Assembly: GCA_947631055.1 (NCBI GenBank)
Contig: CANRJZ010000001.1
Location: 1-47,002, forward strand
Direction of reading: 5' to 3'
Length of the DNA stretch: 47,002 nucleotides
Source of the DNA: an uncultured Clostridia bacterium
Lineage (GTDB): Bacteria > Bacillota > Clostridia > Oscillospirales > Ruminococcaceae
A program made the translations under genes and the position numbers. This document shows, piece after piece, positions 8,887-16,851 of this stretch (positions within the stretch are counted from its first letter, which is position 1; each line of letters starts with the position of its first letter). Under the pieces are notes generated by a model that saw nothing but the letters and a program-made list of their open reading frames with translations, was not told the origin of the DNA and searched no databases.

Positions 8887-9891
8887 ATGGCAGGTCATAT
8901 CGGAACAAAATGTATAGTTTGCGGCGAGAAATTCACTTCTGAGGACGATGTTGTCATCTGTCCCCAATGCGGCACTCCGTATCACAGAGCCTGTTATGAA
9001 AAAAACGGCAAATGTATAAATGACGTTCTTCATCAGAACGGAGGAGTCTGGAAACCGTCTTATGAAGCAGATCAGACTGCCGGAGACGCCGGCACTGTGT
9101 GTGCTTTCTGCGGATATACCAATCCGCCGCTGACGCTTTTCTGCCGGCGATGCGGAATGCCTTCACAGAACATCAGCAGTGAAAGCGACCGCATGGAACA
9201 GCGCTACAATGGAGCAAACATAAACGACGATTCCGGCGCTTATAACGGCAACGCCAATTCGGGAACGGCTTTCAACCCGTTTTTGATAAACTTTTCCGAC
9301 CCGCTGTGCGGATTAAGTCCCGATGAGGATTTCAACGGAGTAAAGCTTTCCGAACTGGGAGATTTTGTGGGAACAAATACGCATTATTACATTCCGCTGT
9401 TCAAACAGTTCAAAGAATACGGAAGGAAATTCAGCGTAAATTTCTGTGCGATGCTTTTCCCCGAATTATATTTTTCATACCGAAAAATGCCCCTTGCAGC
9501 GCTTATAGCGCTTGTACTGAGGCTCATCTCCGAAATACCGAGGTTCATATACTTTTTTGCAGGAACTTCCGAATTCGGCATATTCTCATCTCTGGCTTCA
9601 GGGTTCGACATACGAAGCGCTGCTTTTCAGGGACTTATAATATTGAGCACGGTAATATATTACGCGGTCATGCTGACATTCGGATTTTTCGGGAACAAGT
9701 TATACTATGACAATTCTATCAGAAGGATCAAAAAAATAAAGGCTTCAAGCGAAGGCACGGCGCTGCGTTCCGAAATAACGAAAAAAGGCGGCACTTCCGC
9801 ACTGCTTCTTACGCTGTTCATATGTCTTGCGGCATTGCCGTATATGGCGATGTATTTTATACAATTGTTTTCTGTATTCAGCATAAAATAA
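8887..9891 (+). CDS. Membrane protein with N-terminal RING-like/zinc-ribbon domains and a C-terminal DUF2628-like region
   Basis: CIVCGEKF...CPQCGTPYHRACY..GKC and CAFCG...CRRCG cysteine pairs. The C-terminal half is hydrophobic with a FPELYFSYRKM motif. ATG at 8887 has a GGAAGGAG RBS. Confidence 0.7.
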   Translation: MAGHIGTKCIVCGEKFTSEDDVVICPQCGTPYHRACYEKNGKCINDVLHQNGGVWKPSYEADQTAGDAGTVCAFCGYTNPPLTLFCRRCGMPSQNISSESDRMEQRYNGANINDDSGAYNGNANSGTAFNPFLINFSDPLCGLSPDEDFNGVKLSELGDFVGTNTHYYIPLFKQFKEYGRKFSVNFCAMLFPELYFSYRKMPLAALIALVLRLISEIPRFIYFFAGTSEFGIFSSLASGFDIRSAAFQGLIILSTVIYYAVMLTFGFFGNKLYYDNSIRRIKKIKASSEGTALRSEITKKGGTSALLLTLFICLAALPYMAMYFIQLFSVFSIK

Positions 9892-9916
9892 ATATGATAT
9901 AAAGGAGTTATTGAGA

Positions 9917-10792
9917 ATGAAGGTCAAAAAAGCGGTCATCACAGCAGCAGGGTACGGTACGAGAATGCTTCCTGCAACAAAGGCTATGCCCAAGGAAATG
10001 CTTCCCATACTGGATAAGCCTGCCATACAGTATATTGTGGAAGAATGTGTAAAAGCAGGGATAAGGGATATACTTATCATTCTTTCAAGAGGAAAACACG
10101 TTGTAGAAGATCATTTTGACAGAACTCCCGATCTTGAGCGCCAGCTTGAACAAAGCGGAAAACAGGATCTTTGCGATGAGATAAAAAATATCGCGTCAAT
10201 GGCAAATATAACATATGTCCGCCAAGCGGAGCAGCTTGGTCTCGGACATGCAGTCCTGTGCGCAAAAAGTTTCGCCGGCAGCGATCCTGTTGCCGTCCTT
10301 TACGGCGACGATGTCATTATCGGCGAAGATCCCGCAATAGCACAGCTTTGCAGAGCTTATGAAAAATATGGAAAGGGCGTTGTAGGCATACGTGAAGTTC
10401 CTACCGAAGACGTTATAAAATATTCGTCAATGAAAATATCACCGCTCAGCGGCTGCTGCTTTGAAGTTTCGGATATGATCGAGAAGCCATCAAAAGAGCA
10501 GATATTTTCCAATTATGCCATACTCGGAAGGTGTGTGCTCCCTCCCGAAATATTCGGAATACTTGAAAATACGCCTTACGGAAGGAACAACGAACTCCAG
10601 CTTACGGACGCAATGAGGCATCTTGCCGTTGATAAGGGAATGATAGGCGTAGCCTTTACCGGCACCAGATATGATATGGGCAACAAGCTGAGCGCAATAA
10701 AAGCCGGCATAGAGACCTGTCTTGAACGTCCCGTTATAGGCGAAGAACTGAAAAATTACATTATTGAGCTTGCGGACAAGCTAGAAAAATAA
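9917..10792 (+). CDS. galU: UTP--glucose-1-phosphate uridylyltransferase
   Basis: MKVKKAVITAAGYGTRMLPATKAMPKEMLPI matches the GXGTRXLPXTK signature. AAAGGAG lies 9 nt before the ATG at 9917. Confidence 0.92.
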   Translation: MKVKKAVITAAGYGTRMLPATKAMPKEMLPILDKPAIQYIVEECVKAGIRDILIILSRGKHVVEDHFDRTPDLERQLEQSGKQDLCDEIKNIASMANITYVRQAEQLGLGHAVLCAKSFAGSDPVAVLYGDDVIIGEDPAIAQLCRAYEKYGKGVVGIREVPTEDVIKYSSMKISPLSGCCFEVSDMIEKPSKEQIFSNYAILGRCVLPPEIFGILENTPYGRNNELQLTDAMRHLAVDKGMIGVAFTGTRYDMGNKLSAIKAGIETCLERPVIGEELKNYIIELADKLEK

Positions 10793-10809
10793 TAAGTGTT
10801 GAGAGTTAA

Positions 10810-10917
10810 GAGGCAGGCTGAGTCTGCACGCATATATCCTCTTATCAAATAGTAAGAATAATAAATAATCCGTTCTATATGATAAGAAAATATACGCCTG
10901 CAAGCTCAGCCTGCCTC
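10810..10917. repeat. Inverted pair of the ~37-nt repeat (arms 10810-10846 and 10881-10917) between the convergent galU and galK genes
   Basis: The reverse complement of the left arm (GATAAGAGGATATATGCGTGCAGACTCAGCCTGCCTC) compares with the right arm (GATAAGAAAATATACGCCTGCAAGCTCAGCCTGCCTC) at about 31/37. The AT-rich spacer is 34 nt. Confidence 0.8.
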
Positions 10918-10939
10918 AACATTTTGATCTTATTTTTTA

Positions 10940-12184
10940 TCAGAATATCCTTGTTCCTCCCACGGGGCGTATGTAAAGTACATAACAGCTGCCCTTGCCG
11001 AAAAGCTGTTCCATTTTCGCTATGAACTTTTCAAGCAGATCTTTTGGAACAAACGCTTGTATGGTCCCCGCAAATCCTCCTCCGTGTACCCGGCATGCTC
11101 CTCTTCCGGAAAGAACGCTTTCCGCCGCATAAAGTCCCAGTACCGGTCCCTGAGAACGGGTATCCGTAACCGCAAAGATGTTCTGAAGATACTTGAAAGA
11201 ACTATTGCCGCTTTCCGAAACTGTTTTCAGAAATCCGTCAAGATCATTGTTCCTGAGCGCGTCGGCTTCTCTGTCGGCGCGTTCGTTTTCGTCAAAGAAA
11301 TGCATTGCCCTCGCAACGGCACGATCTCCGCAAGCCTCACGGACGGCACGGATATTTTCCCACAGCTGATCCTTGGTGATATCACGCAGTTCGTTTTTTC
11401 CGAAAAATTTTGCCACCGATCTCATTTCCGCAGGGATCGCCGCATATTCCGGAGTAAGATCCGCATGGCTGCCTTTGGTGTCAACTATGCAAAGATCATA
11501 TCCCGTTGCCGAAAAATCATAGCTTATCGGATCTATAACAGGCTCTGCCGTATTCCCGAAATCAATTTCGATAAATCCGCCGACCGAGGACGCCATCTGA
11601 TCCATAAGTCCGCTGGGCTTTCCGAAATGGACGTTTTCAGCATATTGCGCTATCTGTGCGATCTTGACCGCACTTACCTCCCCGTTGTTGTAAATATGGG
11701 AAAGTATAGTTCCTATCAGGACTTCAAATGCCGCGGAAGAAGATATTCCGCTGCCCTTCAGGACATTTGACGTCGTATACGCCTTAAATCCTCCGATGTT
11801 GAAACCGTTCTTTTTCAATCCGTCGGCAACGCCTCTTATCAGTGCGGCTGATGTGTTTTTATCCTCTTCATGAACGGAAAGATCGGAAACATCTACCGTA
11901 TCCTGAGGGAAACCCTCCGATCTTACCGTAATTATCCCGTCGTCGGTCGGAACGGCAAAGGCAATAACGTCAAGACTTACCGCCGCTGCCAGCACCTTTC
12001 CCCTGTTATGGTCGGTGTGATTGCCGCCTATCTCAGTTCTTCCCGATGCGGAAAATGCCATAACGTTTTCCTGTCTGCCGAAAAGTTCTTCAAAAGTTTT
12101 CTCCGCCTTTTCGTAACGGGCTCTCTGATCCGGAACGGCTTTCTCTCCGTAAAGTTTTGCAAGAATGCTGTCGATATTATTCAT
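10940..12184 (-). CDS. galK: Galactokinase (GHMP kinase family)
   Basis: GRTEIGGNHTDHNRG galactokinase signature and GSGISSSAAFEV GHMP ATP-binding motif. 414 aa. Confidence 0.88.
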   Translation of the reverse strand: MNNIDSILAKLYGEKAVPDQRARYEKAEKTFEELFGRQENVMAFSASGRTEIGGNHTDHNRGKVLAAAVSLDVIAFAVPTDDGIITVRSEGFPQDTVDVSDLSVHEEDKNTSAALIRGVADGLKKNGFNIGGFKAYTTSNVLKGSGISSSAAFEVLIGTILSHIYNNGEVSAVKIAQIAQYAENVHFGKPSGLMDQMASSVGGFIEIDFGNTAEPVIDPISYDFSATGYDLCIVDTKGSHADLTPEYAAIPAEMRSVAKFFGKNELRDITKDQLWENIRAVREACGDRAVARAMHFFDENERADREADALRNNDLDGFLKTVSESGNSSFKYLQNIFAVTDTRSQGPVLGLYAAESVLSGRGACRVHGGGFAGTIQAFVPKDLLEKFIAKMEQLFGKGSCYVLYIRPVGGTRIF

Positions 12185-12236
12185 ATTTCCTTATCTTTCC
12201 TTTCAGTCCGCCGCTCGCGCAGCCGGACAATTTTTT

Positions 12237-13394
12237 TCAGAAATTTGCGTCATAGAACAGTCTGTAATTCTTTTCCGAGTGCGAATATGTGCTTAAAACC
12301 AGTCCTATGCAGATAAACATACTTATCATGCTTGAACCTCCCTGACTTACGAACGGCAGCGGAAGTCCTATTACCGGCATTACGCCCAAAACCATTCCCA
12401 GATTGAGAACGCAGTGAATGAACATCATCGCGAAAACGCCTATACACATGTATTTTCCAAGCGGATCTTTCGCAATACGGCTGTCGGCAATTATCTTCAT
12501 GCAGATATATGCCAATGCCGCGACCAGTATCACGCAGCCGATAAATCCGAAACACTGTCCCACATAAGTAAATATAAAATCATTCTGAACATACGGAACG
12601 TAAACATATTCGTCCGCCGACAATCCTTTGCCGAACACCTGACCCGAACCAAGCGCCAGTTTTCCCCAGTATTGCTGATATGCGATCGTAGCAAAATCCG
12701 GATCGCTCATGGGGTCTTCCTCAAAAAGCACAAGAAAACGCATTTTCTGGTGCGGAAGCATTATCTTGCTCCACAGCACCCAAACCGCCGCAGGAGCGGC
12801 AACAACGCAGGGAAGTATGTATTTCCACGATATGCCGGCTGCAAAGAGCATACATATGAACATAAAGAAAAATACTACCGCCGTTCCGTCGTCGCCCTGT
12901 GCGACAACGATAAGCGTAGGTACAGCGCCATGCAGACAAAGCAAAGCAACGTTTCCTATATGGTTCAGTTTCTCCCCGACTTTTGAAAGATGCAGGGCAA
13001 ATGACATTATAAACGCTATTTTCAGTATCTCCGACGGCTGGAACGTTGTAAATCCAAGGTCGATCCAAGCCACATCATCGGCGCTTTCGTCAGGCTTATA
13101 GCCAAGCGAGGTAAATGTCAGCAAAGTAAGTCCGACCGCTAACGGGACGTACAAAAACCAGAGTTTGGTAAATTTATGGTAGTCCATAGCGGACATTATC
13201 AGCGCAATTGCCGCGCCCGCACAGAAGCATATGAACTGGATCTTATACATTGAAGGCTTTCCGGCAACGTCGTTCTGCACCATAGAATACAGCAGAACTA
13301 CCGAAAATACGGATATGGCGCATACAAATACGAAAAGCTGCTTATCCAGCTTTTTTATATACTGAACTATGGCTTTAAGCAGCTTTTTGAACAT
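12237..13394 (-). CDS. FtsW/RodA/SpoVE family peptidoglycan polymerase (SEDS protein)
   Basis: Polytopic protein with a C-terminal LPLPFVSQGGSSM SEDS motif. The ATG at 13394 has an AAAGGAGA RBS; the ORF-track start at 13412 lies inside that RBS region. Confidence 0.88.
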   Translation of the reverse strand: MFKKLLKAIVQYIKKLDKQLFVFVCAISVFSVVLLYSMVQNDVAGKPSMYKIQFICFCAGAAIALIMSAMDYHKFTKLWFLYVPLAVGLTLLTFTSLGYKPDESADDVAWIDLGFTTFQPSEILKIAFIMSFALHLSKVGEKLNHIGNVALLCLHGAVPTLIVVAQGDDGTAVVFFFMFICMLFAAGISWKYILPCVVAAPAAVWVLWSKIMLPHQKMRFLVLFEEDPMSDPDFATIAYQQYWGKLALGSGQVFGKGLSADEYVYVPYVQNDFIFTYVGQCFGFIGCVILVAALAYICMKIIADSRIAKDPLGKYMCIGVFAMMFIHCVLNLGMVLGVMPVIGLPLPFVSQGGSSMISMFICIGLVLSTYSHSEKNYRLFYDANF

Positions 13395-13520
13395 ATGCCG
13401 TTCTCCTTTCATGCAGTTTTACGGATATCCGATCCGCCGTACATATTAATTATATATCAAAAGGCGGCGCATTTCAAGAGATTACGCAAATGTTTCAAAA
13501 ATGAAATATTGGACCGGCAA

Positions 13521-14015
13521 TTATTCATCAGCCGATCTTTGCCTCTCATTTTTTATGTAGCAAATCACCGAAAAGATCACCACCGCCGCAATTATTCCGC
13601 ATAATGCTCCTGCCGAATCTATCAGCACGTCAGTGAACCGCATGGAACGTCCGGGAGTAAAGCTCTGATGGAATTCGTCACCGGCGGCATAAGCAGCGCA
13701 CAGTATCCATGACAGCGACAGCTTTCTTAACAGTCGTACAGCCGTCATTTCCATAAACGAATATACGAACAGCCCAAGCACGGCATATATGGTAAAATGC
13801 GCCAATTTCCGCACAAAATAATGAAATTCGGCAACTATGAACTGCTGCTGAGATAGAGTCATACCATCAAAATTGCGGAAAATTATCCTGCTTATAAATC
13901 TTGTGACCTTAACGCTCAGTTCGCTGCTCTCACTGCCGGTATGATCGGAAAACCTGAATATCGTCAGCATTATCATCACTATGATAAACAGCAGCACTAT
14001 TTTCTTTTTATTCAT
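13521..14015 (-). CDS. VanZ family membrane protein
   Basis: VRKLAHFTIYAVLG and GDEFHQSFTPGRSMRFTDVLIDSAGA motifs. The ATG at 14015 (MNKKK) follows an AGGAGG RBS. Confidence 0.85.
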   Translation of the reverse strand: MNKKKIVLLFIIVMIMLTIFRFSDHTGSESSELSVKVTRFISRIIFRNFDGMTLSQQQFIVAEFHYFVRKLAHFTIYAVLGLFVYSFMEMTAVRLLRKLSLSWILCAAYAAGDEFHQSFTPGRSMRFTDVLIDSAGALCGIIAAVVIFSVICYIKNERQRSADE

Positions 14016-14217
14016 ATCATGCCTCCTGAAATATCCGTAACGAACGGCTTTCAATGACATATCCTGTCATTTTGAAATTTAAATTTTTTAAAAAAATTAA
14101 ACATTTGTGATACTTATTTGTAAATATTAGCCTCGAAAAAACCGGAAAACCCTTTATTTATAGGCAAATAGCCAAAACAGAGCCGCAAAACCGGACATTT
14201 ATTTATATAAATTTGTA

Positions 14218-14246
14218 TTGACTTTTGATATTTGCTGTGTTATAAT
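14218..14246 (+). promoter_or_regulatory. Orphan near-consensus sigma-A promoter with no plus-strand gene downstream
   Basis: TTGACT (14218-14223), 17-nt spacer, TGT-TATAAT (14241-14246). The plus strand downstream runs antisense into the 3' end of the phosphatase gene. Confidence 0.55.
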
Positions 14247-14252
14247 TTAAGT

Positions 14253-14335
14253 AACCGTATTGTTGAACGATACTGCCCGAAACAGGACAGATAACGGGGC
14301 TGCAGCGTGTCCCGCCAAGGACATCATACAATACG
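14253..14335 (+). ncRNA. Candidate small structured RNA or 5' part of an antisense transcript
   Basis: An 8-bp closing helix CGUAUUGU (14256-14263)/ACAAUACG (14328-14335) encloses two hairpins: CUGCC..GG(A)CAG, and CGGGGC..GUCCCG. No RBS or credible ORF, and no match to a class I recognise. Confidence 0.25.
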
Positions 14336-14391
14336 AAAAACAGCCGGATACAGCCGATATAATGCTGTATGCGATGCCAAAACGCTGCCGA

Positions 14392-15108
14392 TCATTCCCG
14401 AAAAATACTTTCGCCGGATCGGCATATGCGCTCAAAGGCGGACTGACCGCACTTCCTTACAATGATCGATTCCGCTTTCCCGAACATAGGAGGACGGGTA
14501 TCAAGGTTGTGAGCATCCGTTCCGAGAACGCTTACCATACCGTCGGATATCATTTTAGCAAAACGGTTCCGCTCAAAAATCCCCGCTTCGGCGATGGCGG
14601 AACAGTTCATCTGGCATATGATGTGCCTGCTGATCTTGCATATCCTTCTGATGTCTTCCGGTTTGTTGCCGAAGCTGAGATAACGTTCGGCGTGCGCAAG
14701 TATTATCTTCTTGCTGCAGCGGTTCATAAAATTAGTGATATCGCTGAAAAAGTTTTCATGGAAGCGTTCAAAAGGAAGTTCCAGAAGTATATGATCCGTG
14801 CCTTCTATGCAAAGCTTTTCAAAATCAGGATCCGATGACAGTGACGGATAAAAATACACCTCGGCTCCTAAGAAAAATTCGGGAAGTCCCCTGACGGTCT
14901 CTGCGGCTTCACAAAGCCGTTCATAAGACCTGCGGCGGCGCTCAAGGAATGTTTGTATGTTTTCGTTCTGCCTGTAAAAATGCGGAGTGAGCACAACACG
15001 GTCTACTTTTGAATCCGCAAGCATCTTGAGCATTTTAATGGATTCTTCAGTACCTGAGGAACCATCGTCCATTTTCGGAAGAATATGGGAATGAAAGTCG
15101 ATACGCAT
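14392..15108 (-). CDS. CpsB/YwqE-type PHP-domain protein-tyrosine phosphatase
   Basis: MRIDFHSHILPKMDDGS N-terminal metal-binding motif, plus later LTPHFY and GTDAH motifs. The ATG at 15108 has an AAAGGA RBS. Confidence 0.88.
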   Translation of the reverse strand: MRIDFHSHILPKMDDGSSGTEESIKMLKMLADSKVDRVVLTPHFYRQNENIQTFLERRRRSYERLCEAAETVRGLPEFFLGAEVYFYPSLSSDPDFEKLCIEGTDHILLELPFERFHENFFSDITNFMNRCSKKIILAHAERYLSFGNKPEDIRRICKISRHIICQMNCSAIAEAGIFERNRFAKMISDGMVSVLGTDAHNLDTRPPMFGKAESIIVRKCGQSAFERICRSGESIFRE

Positions 15109-15247
15109 TTGAAAGATCCTTTCTATGCAGCTTATTTTCATTTCCGGCGGTGTATCTCACCTTACCGAACGATATGCTGTACTTTAATTTTACATTCATT
15201 GAATGACATTGTCAAGACAAAGTTGAATTTTATGGAGGTATAATCCA

Positions 15248-16777
15248 ATGGATATGGATATGGAAGAAAAGCTGGACCTTAGTTTCCTCTTTGAGGTGCT
15301 TAAAAAATATTTTCTTGTAGTGATACTTTCCGGAATACTGTGCGGGATAGCAGGATTTGCCGTTTCCTATTTCGTAATTCCCAAGAAATACGAGTCGCAT
15401 GCACTGCTTTACGTTGAAAACAACACCCAGCAGTCCGAAACAGTGAACATAAACGACATAACCGCCGCTCAGAAGCTGGTAAATACCTGCCAGATCATTT
15501 TCAAGAGCAGCACTATGATGGACAACCTCATAGCCAATCTTGATCTTCCTTACACCAAAGAAGAACTGGACGACATGATAACGGCAAGCTCCGTAAACAG
15601 TACCGAAGTTATGGAAATAGTCGTTGAGAGCGGAAGCGCTCAGGAAGCTCAGGAGATAGTGAATGAACTCATCTCGCTTTCCGTTCAGGAATTCACAAGG
15701 ATCATCAAATCCGGCTCTATAGAAGTCGTAGACTACGGCGAAGTAAACGCCACCCCGTCATCTCCCAATGTACCCATGATAACACTGGCTGCGCTTTTCG
15801 TAGGCATTGTAATATCATATATGGTAGTCCTGATAAGGGATATGCTGGACGTTGTCATCAAGCAGAGCGATAATATCGCCCAGATATACGATGTTCCGGT
15901 ATTTGCCGAGATAGTTGAATTTGAAAGCGCTAAATCCGGAGGGAAATACGGTTACAGCCATTACGGATACGGTTACGGCAAGAAAGCCGAACCATCGCCC
16001 GAAAGCGAAAAGTCTTCCGCTCCGGAAACCGGTTTTTCCGAACGCTTTCTTTCGGATTCCACTCCTTTTGCAATAACCGAAGCTTACAACACGGCAAGAA
16101 CAAACACCATGTTCGCTATCTCTACCAGCGGCAGAAAGATCATCGCCGTGACCAGCTCCAATCCTTCCGAAGGAAAAAGTACGACCTGCTCGAACTTCGC
16201 TATAAGCTTTGCAAACGCAGGCTTCAAAACTCTCCTTGTAGAGTGTGACCTCAGAAAGCCCAACCTTGCAAAGAACTTCAATATCAAGCCAAAGTACGGT
16301 CTGTCCTCCGTTCTCGGCGGATTTTGCAGCGTTCAGGACGCTATAAACGAAAATGTTATCAAAAACCTTGATATAATATCGGCGGGAGACATTCCTCCTA
16401 ACCCTTCAGAACTTATAGGCTCGGAGGCTATGAGAACATTCCTTAAAGCGTCTTCCGAAAGCTACGATTATGTATTCCTCGATACGCCGCCTGTAAACGT
16501 AGTTACCGATTCGCAGCTGATGAACGATGTTATCGCCGGAATAATCTTCGTTATAAGAGAAAATTCCACGACTCATCCCGACGTCCAGTCCGCACTGGAA
16601 AAGATCAGACTTGCAAACGGAAAGATCCTCGGCTTCGTAAAGACCTTCAGCCGCATAGAAAAATCCGGAAGATACGGCAAGAAGTATTCATACAGTTCAT
16701 ATAAATACGGATATTCAAGTTACGGCGGTAAATCTCGGAAAAGCGAAAACAGCAACAGCGAGACCAACGAAGGCTGA
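15248..16777 (+). CDS. Fused Wzz-type chain-length modulator and BY-family tyrosine autokinase (CpsC+CpsD-like)
   Basis: N-terminal Wzz-like domain with two TM segments. Kinase Walker A is SSNPSEGKSTT and Walker B is YVFLDTPP. The C-terminal Tyr cluster is YGKKYSYSSYKYGYSSYGG, and a second Tyr cluster GKYGYSHYGYGYGKK lies in the linker. Confidence 0.88.
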   Translation: MDMDMEEKLDLSFLFEVLKKYFLVVILSGILCGIAGFAVSYFVIPKKYESHALLYVENNTQQSETVNINDITAAQKLVNTCQIIFKSSTMMDNLIANLDLPYTKEELDDMITASSVNSTEVMEIVVESGSAQEAQEIVNELISLSVQEFTRIIKSGSIEVVDYGEVNATPSSPNVPMITLAALFVGIVISYMVVLIRDMLDVVIKQSDNIAQIYDVPVFAEIVEFESAKSGGKYGYSHYGYGYGKKAEPSPESEKSSAPETGFSERFLSDSTPFAITEAYNTARTNTMFAISTSGRKIIAVTSSNPSEGKSTTCSNFAISFANAGFKTLLVECDLRKPNLAKNFNIKPKYGLSSVLGGFCSVQDAINENVIKNLDIISAGDIPPNPSELIGSEAMRTFLKASSESYDYVFLDTPPVNVVTDSQLMNDVIAGIIFVIRENSTTHPDVQSALEKIRLANGKILGFVKTFSRIEKSGRYGKKYSYSSYKYGYSSYGGKSRKSENSNSETNEG

Positions 16778-16821
16778 TATACGCCGACTTCACAGAAAGG
16801 AGACGCGCTGCTTCTGGCAGC

Positions 16822-16841
16822 CTGCTCTCATAAGAGAGCAG
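16822..16841 (+). other. Intercistronic perfect stem-loop between the kinase and the EpsG-like gene
   Basis: CTGCTCTC-ATAA-GAGAGCAG with no U-tract. Possibly an RNA processing or stability element. Confidence 0.4.
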
Positions 16842-16851
16842 AATATATAAC

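Noticed and set aside
13521-14015. VanZ (here) together with VanY (29066-29989) as a glycopeptide-resistance cluster
   Set aside because: The two genes are 15 kb apart, and the window contains no vanH/A/X ligase-dehydrogenase-dipeptidase genes or vanRS genes. Stand-alone VanZ and M15B carboxypeptidases are common cell-wall housekeeping genes.
14260-14838. A 192-aa ORF downstream of the orphan promoter
   Set aside because: It has a TTG start without an RBS and overlaps the phosphatase gene almost entirely in the shadow frame. It has no recognisable motif. The promoter is better explained by a non-coding or antisense transcript.
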